Positions 1 through 11,183 of a DNA stretch of 64,000 nt are shown here, in pieces. Positions within the stretch are counted from its first letter, which is position 1; every line of letters starts with the position of its first letter. The notes under the pieces are model-generated. The model was not told where the DNA came from. It saw only the letters and a list, made by a program, of their open reading frames with translations, and searched no databases. Source of the stretch: Kondoa subrosea (taxonomy: Eukaryota); contig BCIN01000002.1 of the NCBI GenBank assembly GCA_039545335.1, positions 372,001-436,000 on the forward strand, read 5' to 3'. The position numbers and the translations under genes are program-made.

Positions 1-1344
1 TCGACTTCATCAATGGTGCATCCTCGACTACTCAATCTCGCTTGCTCCTGAGTGCATTGAAGCATGTCATCGAACCTTCTTCTGCTCCTGCTGGTCATCC
101 ACTTCGAGCTTTAGTCATGATGGGTGGAGAACAATTCTTCAGCAACGGGATTCATTTATCAGTCATTGAAGGTCATGAAGATCCAGCAGGCGAATCTTGG
201 AGACAAATCAATGCGATTGATGATGTTTGTGAATTCCTGCTATCTATGAATTTGCCTGCGTAAGTTTCTCTTTTACTTCCCTACATAGTAGATCTCAAAC
301 TGAATTTTACGGTACAGTCGCAATATTGTTACTGTTTCTGCTATTCGAGGTAACGCAGCGGCAGGTGGTTTCGCTCTCGCAACTTGCTGCGATATTGTCG
401 TTACATCTGAACAAGCTACTCTCAATCCGCATTATCGCGGTGTGGGTCTTTATGGATCTGAATACCATACTTATACATGGAGAAAGCGATTGGAGAAGAC
501 TGGGCAAGCAGATGCCAAGTTTGAAGAGATTACAAAAGGTTTATTACCGATGAGCAGCACTCAAGCTAAAATTCTTGGTTTGATCGATGAAGCGATTCCT
601 TACTCTGGTGAAGATGCGAATCAACACATTTCCAAAATGGTCAAAATGGCTCTTTCTCGTCGTGTGGGATCTCGCAACTTTGGTTCAGTATCGCCTTGGT
701 GTTTACCCCTCAGCCAAAGCTTACCTTCTGGCGCTCCTCTTCTTCCTGCTCTACTTCAAGGCAAACTCAAGACCTTCAGCACCCTCACTACACCTCTAGC
801 TGAAGTCCGTCGCTTGGAGCTAGACGAGATGATGCAAGACTTCTTTCATCCTCATCGATCTCAACGGTACAATGATCGTCGAATCGCCTTCTCCCGCAAA
901 ATCGCACCCAAAACTTCTCCGATGCGTTTCGCTTTGCATCGTCGCTTTTGTGACTGGTCGGGCGTCAAAAGAGATATCGAAGAAACACCTGAATTCGATA
1001 CTCTGGAACCTTCTGCATCTCTGGAACCATTCCCTCTCTTACCGGCTGTTCATATACGACAGATTACACCGCAGCCTATCGACATCGATGATCAAAGCGT
1101 TCCTTCACTTACTTCTTCGCCTACTTCTGTTGGATCCTTGTCTTTGGCTGAACCGAATCCACAGTACGAGCCACCCATGTCCTTGGCAGAGAGGTACCGT
1201 CGCAACAGCTCAATAATCTCTTGGGCTTGTATTGGCGAAGGAGGAAAAGAAGAAACCATTCATCAACCTCTTTTCCCTTGCTTGTATGAACAGATGGAGA
1301 AAGAAGGGGTAGAGATGACTGCTAGTCTTGAAGTATGTGTTTGA
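1..1344 (+). CDS. HypX/HoxX-like protein, C-terminal crotonase-fold domain plus low-complexity tail (5'-partial; intron 260-317)
   Basis: Splicing GT 260..AG 317 joins MGGEQFFSNGIHLSVIEGHEDPAGESWRQINAIDDV to TVSAIRGNAAAGGFALATCCDIV...LNPHYRGVGLYGSEYHTYTW. These match the FFSNGIHL..IE, GNA.AGG and LNPHY...LYGSEY.TY motifs of HypX/HoxX. Confidence 0.85.
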
Positions 1345-1789
1345 GAACGCTCTGTCTCTTGTCTTGTATCAGTAATACACTTTTTCTATTGTTCAGTTAG
1401 TCTGGTAGTAACGTATTCTATCCTCTCCCACGCCTCTGTTGCCCCTACCGTGCGCATCACTTCTCTCTACTTGTATTGTTCCGAGACATTCGAACTTTGA
1501 AGTCTTTTTGGGATTCTTGCGCCTGGTAGTAGAAGCAGTACATGTTGTCAAGTCGATTACGTGGAAGAGAGATTAGGATACAGCACAGTAGGGTTACCCA
1601 TCATCGTGAACGGAGATCCGAGATTTGTATACGAGACTTTTAGGGTTCGCAATCAGATGAAGGAGACGTTTCTCTGTATAATGCTGTTCATAACTTGCTG
1701 GATGTCTTCAGACTCTTGCATGTTTTGGCATACTTTGCACCTTGCGTGCCTTCAATTTCATGTATCCATTGTCCTGAACAGCCATTCAT

Positions 1790-2452
1790 ATGAAGACTAA
1801 TCAATTCGCTTACCATGCCCGGGATGATACCTTCACCGTCTTAGGCGTACACATATCTGCCAATACAATCGTACAGCTTTTGCAGCGGCAGGAATGTAAG
1901 AGGAAGGAGAAATATAGCCGCTGCATGTTAGGTGAATACACACTCACAAGTCAAGACAAGGAGGTAGGTGTCGCAGTACTTTAGATGCCAGGCGGCCATA
2001 CTGAATCATGCTAGTAGCGCATTCTGCTTACAGGTTTGTGTATTCCCTAAATGGAGTCCTACCCGATGCCTAACGATCACTCAAGGATGTCTAGCTGAAA
2101 TGCTGTATGCACGGGATGAAGCCAAGAAATGGCTTTGGTTTCCAGTAAGTTGTCAAACATGATGCTCTAACTTATGCTGAAATTGGACTTTTGACGGAAG
2201 ACGAAGCGTACCTTCGGTCGAGCAGCTCAGACTTCTACTCCTCTGTTATCTCTTTCACGTACCAATGGATCATGGTCACTTACAGCTGGCGAAGGCATTA
2301 AAGCTATAGCGCCATCATTGAAAGGACTGCCGGCTCGAACATCACTGTCAAGGTGTGTCTGCTGTTGATGCTGCCTGCATAACTACTAAGAACTACTCTG
2401 TCTTGCTAACAGGCGATTAACGATGTCGCCTCCGCCGGCTTATACACCTTGA
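1790..2452 (+). CDS. Hypothetical protein, ~4 exons
   Basis: Exons can be joined in frame across canonical GT-AG introns (MKTNQF...QDKE / VCVFP...WFP / TKRTF...LSR / RLTMSPPPAYTP*). No family recognised. Confidence 0.45.
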
Positions 2453-2551
2453 ACCGGATTGGACAGGGGAAAGTGAATGTCTATTTTAGTAGTAGTAGCA
2501 GCTGCTTTGTATTTTATGTTGTACTGTAACCTTATCCTTTTCATACTGTAA

Positions 2552-3426
2552 ATGTCAAGCACTGGTATTCATTTGACCGAAACTGCTCGCAACACTCAGA
2601 AAGTCATTCAAATGAGTGATGCAGATGATGTGGAAGCTGGTAGGTTCATCCCTGCTGCAGTAACCCAGGTCTTATTGACTCTAGGATCTACACATTCTTC
2701 TGCTTTGACTTCAGCCAATGTATCGCCCATGAAGAATCGATCCCCAGCAAAGAAAATGACCAGCATACAACTTCTATTCTTAGCTGCACAGAACGAGGAA
2801 AAGGACGTGTATTTGCGAGATCTGGTCTCTGGCAGAGATGCAGAAGCTATTCGGGGTCTGAGTGAAGATACAACACAGCTCGACCTAGAAAAGGACCCGG
2901 CAATGCAAAGACTGATCAAGGCAGCAATTGATACCGAAAATCAAGACTTAGCATTGGCACTATTAGATATAGAAGCTTTGACAGCTTTGTCTAAGACAGA
3001 ACAGAAGAGGAAAGACAAGATTGCAGGTGACAGCAAAAGAAGCGAAACTCTTTTGACTGCGAAAACTACTCTGGTTGTAGGCTTGCTGGCTCTTCTGGCT
3101 GCTCTTATAGCAAGTGCATGGACATATGTGGGCAGTAGGGAAGTAGAAAAGGACACTTCGAAAACAGCGTTGGAAGTAGACCAGGATACTTCAAAGACAG
3201 CGTTGGAAGCAGGTAAGCAGCCGTTTTCTATGCTTGTAATGCTTCTGCCTAAAGCTGCTCTTTCTTCGTAGCTCGTATCGGAGCAGTCGCTGTTGTACAA
3301 GCTGCGAACATCAATGCCGCAGCTGTCAGGTATTCAGCAACGCTAAATGCAGTCGTAGCCAACAAAAGCAACTCAAGCGACTGCAAATGCTTGACTATGG
3401 AAGACTTAGAAGGCTTGCTCAAGTAG
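2552..3426 (+). CDS. Hypothetical single-pass membrane protein (2 exons)
   Basis: 239-aa ORF with hydrophobic helix TLVVGLLALLAALIASAWTYV. An intron near 3213-3271 continues it to ...EDLEGLLK*. Internal duplication KDTSKTALEV/QDTSKTALEA. Confidence 0.6.
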
Positions 3427-3600
3427 TAGGTAATACACAGGCATAATAGATATAACTCTTCTAGCCAGTATACTAGAATTTAGAATTTAGACCTGGCATT
3501 AGTGTAAAGAGATCTTCTGCATTGCAACGAATCTCATAGAATCAAAGTCATACATAGCCTTCTCTTCCGTACGCGCCAAGCGAAACGAACCAGCTCCTGC

Positions 3601-5127
3601 TCAACGATTTCTTGCTGCTGCCTTGCTGCTCTTCAACTTCCTCGTAAACTCCTTGAACCTATCACTCGTCTCTCTTGACCCAGAACCAGTAACGCCAGCA
3701 TCATCCGCTGTTCTACTTCTAGGAGCAATAGTATAGTTGGTCGTACTCGCTTGAGGAATACGTGCATGTCTTCTTTCAGTACCAGAATCTTTGATTCCAG
3801 GCTTGATGCTCGCTAATCTAGCTCTTTGAGATCCAGCTGCAGTTGGATGAGACGAATCGTCTGGTCGAGAAGAAGCTTGTGGGATTGGTCGATCTCGCCA
3901 AGTTGCACTTCTTCTCAATAAGGGTCGCATCCAGTTGGTGATTAGTAAATCGGCTGTACGACGGATAGATGGATCGCAGCGTTCACATCGAGAGTAGAAC
4001 AGTACTACTCGGCCGATCTTAGATTCTTTGAGTGAAGCAGTGTCGCAAGTAAGCTGTGCGGAAGAGACATAGATGTGAGCTAGAGCCCAGCGAAATCCAT
4101 CGTCATACACACATTCAATAAGATAGAAAACATTGCTCGGAGAATATTTAGAGCGGGAAGAGATTTGTCGCTGAGTGGTTCGAGCCATTCTTTGATAGCA
4201 CCCAGAATGCCTTGATCGAGAGCAATTAGTTCCAAATGAGATCTGTGAAGCATACTTAGGAGACTGGAGCAGCGAGTCGGAACAAAACCCTACTTCTGTA
4301 AAGTAGCGATAACTTTTGGCAGCATCTTCAGTTTGTGAGTAGCTGGTTTGCCTTCGGTGTTTGCATCGAAATCTCGTTTGGCGGCACCCAGCATATCAGC
4401 ACGCAAGGTGAGAATCTCTTCATCGTCTCCAGCAGCTCCCAGATCCTAGCAACGCAATGTAAGCATACTTTGTCATTCAGCAGTAGAAGCATTACCTCTT
4501 CGTCTCCAGCACGTTTCTTCTTCTTGGCTTTAGGCTTCTTGATGATAGCATCTAAACGCCTATCCAGATCGCGTTTGCGTTCTGTATGGTAACCAACAAA
4601 GCGAGAATCAGGGAAGTGCTGATGTCTCAATGTCCGGCACATACGTTCTTCAGGAGTGAGATTCTCTTCAGGTGAAGGCTCTCTCTCGACTGCTTTGCGC
4701 GCACGCTTCTTCTTCCTGTTAGTTCCATTTTGGCTTTAGCATACATTCCGCAAACACAAAATGTGACCGACTGAGGGGCTTCGCCATCAGAGTCCACCGC
4801 TCTCTTCTTCTTTCTGACTTTCTTCTCTTTAGGCGCTTTACCAGCATCAGCAGCCTTTTCAGCCTTCGAGCGGCCATCCTTTTCTTGATATTCCCCATCT
4901 CCTCGACCTTCCTCGTTAGCGTCTCCTTCAGAAGCTGACTCGTATGGTTCTTCCTGATCATCTTGACCTCCAGCGGCATCGCCAGCATTCGAATCCAAAT
5001 CAGACAAGTCGGAATCTCCTCCAAAGATTTCTCGGTCGCTAATCCATCCTATGAGACATCTGAGTGTACCTGAAGTAGGCCGAGCTCACAGAGCATCTCT
5101 GATGTTAGGTACAGCAGCCTCAGACAT
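3601..5127 (-). CDS. IWS1: Transcription elongation factor Iws1/Spn1
   Basis: Acidic N-terminus, then [28 protein letters not shown] and [13 protein letters not shown]...[10 protein letters not shown], typical of the Iws1 TFIIS-N-like domain. Multi-exon. Confidence 0.9.
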
Positions 5128-5189
5128 CTTTGCAATTCCAAGTGATAGTTCGAGGTTAAGCTCATGAGTTGTGGATTGCTCTCTTGTCC

Positions 5190-6595
5190 ATGACCGCCGC
5201 TGCTCAGAATGCTTACTCTATTCTTGCTTCCATCCTATTAGACTACACAATGTCCGTCATCTCACGTACTTGCTGTTCTCAAGCTTGTTAGTTTCTCATT
5301 TCTTGTCTGTGCTTTGTCATGTAGTGACGAAATCGCTCTCTCTCCTCATCCTTTAGAAGATGCCTCTCATCCTCCTTTCGCTCTCTATGATTCTGTCAAT
5401 CTCGTTATCCCTATCAAGACCCTTTACTCCATCTACCCTCTTGCCAAATCGCTCGTCAAAGAATGGAGAACTCTTTCAGCTCGAGATATAGATGTAGCTT
5501 CTCGAATCGTATTGATTCAAAGTCCAGAGCACTTGACAGCGTTGAATTGTCGAAAACGCTTGCTTGTGCAGACATCTAAAAGTAAAGTGGTCAAAATGGG
5601 TCTCAAACCTGAATACTTTGAGCAAATCAGATCGGGTCAAAAGAGCTGGGAAGGTAGATTGAATCGCAATATCTACTCTACAATCAAGCAAGGGGATCAA
5701 ATACACTTTTACTCCAACAACGATCCCTCTTCGACAATTGTACGAATTGTGGAAGAGGTCCAGAGGTTTTCTACATTTGAGGACATGCTCAACAAGCGAC
5801 ATCATCTCTTTCTACCTCCTGCCACTACCTTAGAAGAAGCTGTAACAACTTACAAGTCTCTACCTGGTTATGCTGAAGCAGTCAAAGCAATAGGGTGTAT
5901 CGCTTTCCGTCTCAGTCAGCCTTATCTCACAGCAGATCAAGAACTACTTTTCCTTAACGCCTTATTATCGATCAAGGGGAACAGCAAAGCACCACCACTT
6001 TGGTCACATAGGCGTTTCCTTCTATCTCTTTTACCTTCTTCTTCCCAACAATCTGATGAAGATCAAGAATTATTGATTGCTCAAAAAGCTTGCGAAGGAT
6101 ATAAAAGAAACTACGCTGCTTATACTCATCGAACAATCCTTTCTCTTCCTACAGACTTGGGGCAAGCATTAAAGTGGTTCGAAAGGAATCCATCAGATTG
6201 GTCAGCTGCTGCTCTAGTATTACATCTCTTACAAACCTATCCAAATGTGAATGCGAAGGAAGAAGTTTGGGAAATAGCCATGGATAATGTTAGAAGATAT
6301 GGGAGGGAAAGCTGTTGGTTGTTCTTGAGAGCTCTGTGTGGCTTGTGGAGGGAGAAATTGGACAAAGCGTTGAACTTGATCGAGGATTGTTTGGTTCAAG
6401 AAGTAAAAGGAGAAGGAAACGTTGCAGACAAGCAAAGAGAAGAGATGCAGGAAAGTCATGAATGGGCCAGAAAGACAAAGGCGTTCTTGCTTTGGCAGGT
6501 AAGTGCAACGAAAGCGGTTTCGGGAAGAACTTGCTGATGAGCCTTTCCAGAATGGGAGGTTGAATTTCGATAGCGCGAAGCAGGTCCTAGGATAA
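5190..6595 (+). CDS. PTAR1-like protein prenyltransferase alpha-subunit repeat protein with an inserted ASCH domain (introns 5252-5324, 6499-6550)
   Basis: PPTA-type motifs PEHLTALNCRKRLL, SKAPPLWSHRRFLL, YKRNYAAYTHR, NPSDWSAA and GRESCWLFLR. ASCH segment ~5584-5916 with MGLKPEYFEQIRSGQKSWEGRLN and IKQGDQIHF. Confidence 0.85.
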
Positions 6596-6854
6596 TGTGC
6601 ACGCACTAGTTACTGTATAAGGCCATGCAGTTCGGCTATCTTCAACATTACGTAATCTACTTTTAGCTTTTAGATGCTCCACCTCGAACTATTGGAAGTT
6701 CTCCTTGGTCTGCCACGACCTAATCGCATCCGGATACTGTTCTAGTTCTCTTACAGCAGACTACCTCAATTCCGCGGCTTGAAGCTGTCTAGTCCTGCAC
6801 CATTGCCATCGATTGTTGATTCCACTTCCTGTGCTCGCTGCCTGCTTCGCAAAT

Positions 6855-7906
6855 ATGCACACAACGATTCATGAAGATCGATCTTTCCTTACTTCTATTG
6901 TCATTGCTGTACTTGGTTGGCTTGGGCACATGCGAGTAGATAAGATCAAACCTCAACCAGCTGGGTCAAAGAAGTTGGATGTACCAAAGTTTCTGGCCAA
7001 GGGCTTCCTAGTCACTGAACGTAATCTCGATGGAATCTACGTATACGAGATTATTTCGCGCGCAGCAACTCGCAAGGCAAAGAAGCGCATTCTACAGTTC
7101 GTGTGTTCACAACTTCTCTGTACTATCAGACTCAACTCCCGCTGTTTTCAGTTTCCCTGGTGGCGGATTCCTGTCTCCGGCTGGTTATCTTCATTGGAAA
7201 ACGCTCAGCCGGATTGTCGAGAAAACACCTGACACTGAATGTCTTCTGGTCTCTTATCCTTTGGGACCTAATTCACCTGCTCCAGAAACTTTCCCTCGTC
7301 TTGTAGAAATAACCAACATAATAGCGAAAGAAACAGCAGAAGCAGAGCAGGAACTCATATTCAGGTATGTGGCATTACCTTTCATTGTCGTCAATCATTC
7401 AGCTAATGCCGAGATTATGAAGTGGTGATAGTGCTGGTGGAAATCTTGCGTTCGGTCTTCCTTTACATCTTCTTCACAATGATCCATCATTCCCTGCACC
7501 TTCGAGAATCGTCACAGTGGTACCGGCTGTTTCGCTAGACAAGTCACTACTCAATAGCGAAGAACGTCAAGATCCAATACTATCTCTCGCTTTGGTCGAT
7601 GCAATTCAGAAGCAATGGTTCGGCGACTGGTCAGTTTCTGATCCCAGAATCTCTCCGACGCAAGCGGATGTAGCTATATTGAAGCAGAAAGGAGTAAAAG
7701 TTCACATGAGCGTTTCGGGATTGGATATTTGCGCGGATGGTGCATTGTTTATGAGGGATAAATTAGAGAAAGCTGGAGTTGAAGGAACTTGCAAACTCTG
7801 GACGAAGCAGATTCACCTCTCAGCTGGTGTCGGTTTGGCTTTCCCTGGATGGGGTTTCAGAGATATGGATGCAATGGCGCGTGCGCATTTGGAAGATTAT
7901 GCATAA
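6855..7906 (+). CDS. Alpha/beta-hydrolase, HSL-like esterase (3 exons)
   Basis: FPGGGF oxyanion motif, SYPLGP, nucleophile motif GDSAGGNLA after an intron (~7423), SGLDI acid motif and QIH histidine. Confidence 0.85.
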
Positions 7907-8138
7907 GAAAGGCTCATAGGTGAAGGTGTAAACTATGAAAGAATGGGATGATTTAACTCAAAGGTACTGCGATACTATCTCTTGCTCGGCTTCATGGCAT
8001 CTTCGCTTGGTTTCGTTTCTCCATTTCTAGCAGCTCCCGTGCATAAGGAGCCATAGCCGCCTGGAAGCTTGTATCAGGCACCTGCTGAGCAGAAGTGACT
8101 ACGCATTCAACGAATCAGATTGGTAGCAATGAAGTGTC

Positions 8139-8538
8139 TCAGTATTCATTACCGTTCAGATTAGCTTGTGCAGTGACTGAGATGGAGAGCATTTAAGTAT
8201 TGACATTCGGTGTACAAAGCGAGGGTGTTAACTGACCTCTTTGGACATGCCTCGGTACGACATGGAAGATTCTGTCTGCGGTGAAATAGCCGTGTCCATG
8301 AGGGGGGTGATCTGCATTGCCATCATCAGTAAATATACAACTGCAAGAGCAATCTTTGACCTTGAACAATCACGCGGCCCGGGTGGACATGCTTGTCGTG
8401 CCACCAGCCATCGTAGTAATAACCAATTTGGTTGCCGTCATGATCTTTATGAGCTGTAGGCAGCTTAGTAGACATATAGTTCATGGAAACAATCATTATA
8501 CCTTGTCGACCATCCCTCTCGTTTATAAAAGTAGTCAT
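8139..8538 (-). CDS. Small His-rich hypothetical protein (80 aa, 4 exons)
   Basis: Three phase-1 GT-AG introns give one open frame: MTTFINERDGRQAHKDHDGNQIGYYYDGWWHDKHVHPGRVIVQDHPPHGHGYFTADRIFHVVPRHVQRVTAQANLNGNEY*. Confidence 0.6.
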
Positions 8539-9028
8539 GTTTGTTTCTGCATGAGGATCAATACAGTAAATCAAGAAACGGCAAGAAGCTCACGAAAGTG
8601 TACTAATACGTATGAGATCGAAAGAGCTCAAGAGGAATGAAGAATGGCAAGAGAGAAGAGAATAATAAAGAAAGACATAGATGATGAGGCGATGTCGTCA
8701 GTAGCAGGCGTTTGAAAAAGACAAAGGGGACACGATTCCACTCAGCCGGTTTGAGCCAGAAATGTTACCAGCTTGGATTTGTAGAAGATCAGAGGGGTTT
8801 GCGCATCAGGAGAACGTACAGTAGACAGACTGCAAAGTCTTTTCAGCAGGAACGCAGCTTAACCGGGAATGAATCAATGGGAAAAGACGTATGAAAGGGA
8901 ATAAATACACAAATCCTTACGAAGCAGAATTACGATGTACTTATCGATGCGCAAGGCTACAGCGAACTATGGCCAAGTAAGGCAAAGAGATCCAGTGAGA
9001 CAATGCGATTCGGCGAGCCAATGACGAT

Positions 9029-10700
9029 TCAAAGTTCGTGCTTGTCGTTGCCAAATACTTCGCTCAGGTCCCGCTTGATAGTAGTCGAAGCTATTCAAAC
9101 AATCAGCTAAAGCTCCTGTACTAATCGAATCCGTACATTTCCCGCTAGTGAATGCTGTCTTTGCTGCTTTGACCAAAACACCATTATAATCCTGAGATAG
9201 CTCAAAAAGTGAAATTCCAGCCAGGCCTTGCGCTTTTGCGAACGCCGCTTTCGCCGCTATGGAGTCGGGATCATCATAAGTTACGAAAGAAGTGAGTTTG
9301 GAGTTCCAGAGGAATGGAGTCGAAGTGCAGGCCTGTGGATAGACTATCAGTCTCAGATCGACTTGAGAAAGGCGAAACACGTACATCCCAATAGCGCTTG
9401 TATGGCGCGACAGCTGATCCATTCGGAGAAAGCAAACCTTGGTAGATCAAACCGCCATAGGTGACATTGCCGACCTGATAACATTGACCATCAGTCGCGA
9501 CAAGGCTATACAAAGTATAGGACTTACCTGAGGGTTCAGATTGAACAAAGGTTGGAAAGCTTGACTTGGTTTTCCAGCAAGAGTAGTGATCTTCTTGAGG
9601 ACCGTGTATTTAGTACTGTACGATGTACCATATCCAGGCATCTAGTATGACATAAGAGACCATCGATACGGGAAAAAGGTTTGCTTACAATTAAGATCAA
9701 TTTCGAACCAGGAATCTTTGCGCCCTTCCAGTATGCAACGCTCTGCAAATCTTCAGCAAGGATCTTAACTTTTCATCTCAAGACTCACTGCAGACACGCT
9801 ATTCTTTTGTGCACCAGAGTAACATTGCGACATAGGTGCAACAGGTGCTGTTGCTACTGTTCCAGGCCAAGCACCTGTTGCCCAGCATCATCAGCATCAA
9901 GGCGAAGGTGCGACTTTAACATTAAAGCTACCGTTGAAGTCATACGCCATTATTTTGAAATATGAGACTGCTTTCAACCAAGCAGAGTAATCTTTGATGA
10001 TGGCTCCATTGGCGTCGCTGAACCCGCCTGCTGGGACGGATATAGTTATCAAAGGGGTAGAGCCAAGCTGCGAAACACATTGTCAACCGGTTTATAAATT
10101 AATGATAAAGACACTCACTGTACTTCTCAGTTGAGTCAAGAACAACAAGAAATTGGCGGAATCTTTCGGATTGTTGGCATTATTGCCAATTCCAGCTGAA
10201 CCTGGCCATTCCCAATCCAATTCAATCCCAGCAAAGCCATATTGTTTCATGATCTTTTGTAAAGAAGTAGCGTAATTCTTTCTTGAGGTTGCAGAAGCAG
10301 TCAGAGTACTAAAGTAACGACTTCCTGACCATCCACCTATAACTAAAGTAGTCTTGATTTTAGCTGCTTTGGATCGTTTGACTACATCTTTGATAATAGC
10401 ATCGGCATTGAGAGTAGTATTGAGGTTGATGCCATATCCGTCCTGCGTCTCGGCAACGAAGAAATCAAGATGTGTAAGATCCTTGTAGTTCCTGTAAGCC
10501 AAGGCTACTCTTCAAGCACAAATGCTATTTGACGAATTCTTGACTTACACTTTCGAGGGCGGTGTAACGAATTGATTGTAGCCCGCATAGTATCCCATGA
10601 CCAGCGGAGCAGCAGCGGCGCGTTTGTGCAAGACTTCAACATGGGAATCGGCGGAGACGCATAACGCGCTCAAGAGGAGCAGAGCAATGGCAGGCAGCAT
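9029..10700 (-). CDS. Secreted GH18 chitinase-family protein, multi-exon
   Basis: Signal peptide MLPAIALLLLSALCVSA, then LTHLDFF, VIGGWSGS, FAGIELDWEWPG, IMAYDFNG, FVTYDDPDSIAAKAAFAKAQGLAG and FELSQD. Confidence 0.9.
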
Positions 10701-11183
10701 TGCGATAAAGCTTACGCAGGTGAAGAAGAGAGCTATTCGAGGTCAAAGAGTCAAAAGAAGGGCAAGGAGAGAAAAGAAAACAGAGATGAACGGAACTTCG
10801 CACAAGCCTTCAATTGCCTGAAATAGAAGCATGGTCACAAGGCGCTCAGTCGACCAAGGCAACGCGTCTTGAACAGCTTAAAAGAGATCATGATCGCTTC
10901 AAGACAACCTTACATTTATGATCTAGGCAAGGTTGTTTTCTACGGCCACTAAGGGGCTTCTAGTTTCGTCTTGATATCCTGGCTCCTGATACCTGTGACT
11001 GCATATACTGCTGCATGTCGCGTTGATCTAGCCTTGGGATTCATTACTGTCTTTACTCGGTCTCGAGGTAGAAGCTCGCTTGATCAGCACCTCTTTTTGG
11101 CTCTTTCACTCCTGGACATCTTCTCTAGTATCAACTATACTCACTAGCGGCGAACTCGAACATTGTAATCATCCAATCAAGCA

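Noticed and set aside
3151..3212. 33-nt-spaced duplication (DTSKTALE twice)
   Set aside because: Two-copy coding duplication only. It is not a repeat array or CRISPR.
5584..5916. Insert in the PTAR1-like gene considered as an intein or retained intron
   Set aside because: No intein terminal motifs (no C-terminal His-Asn followed by C/S/T). It is far longer than local introns and encodes a coherent ASCH domain in frame.
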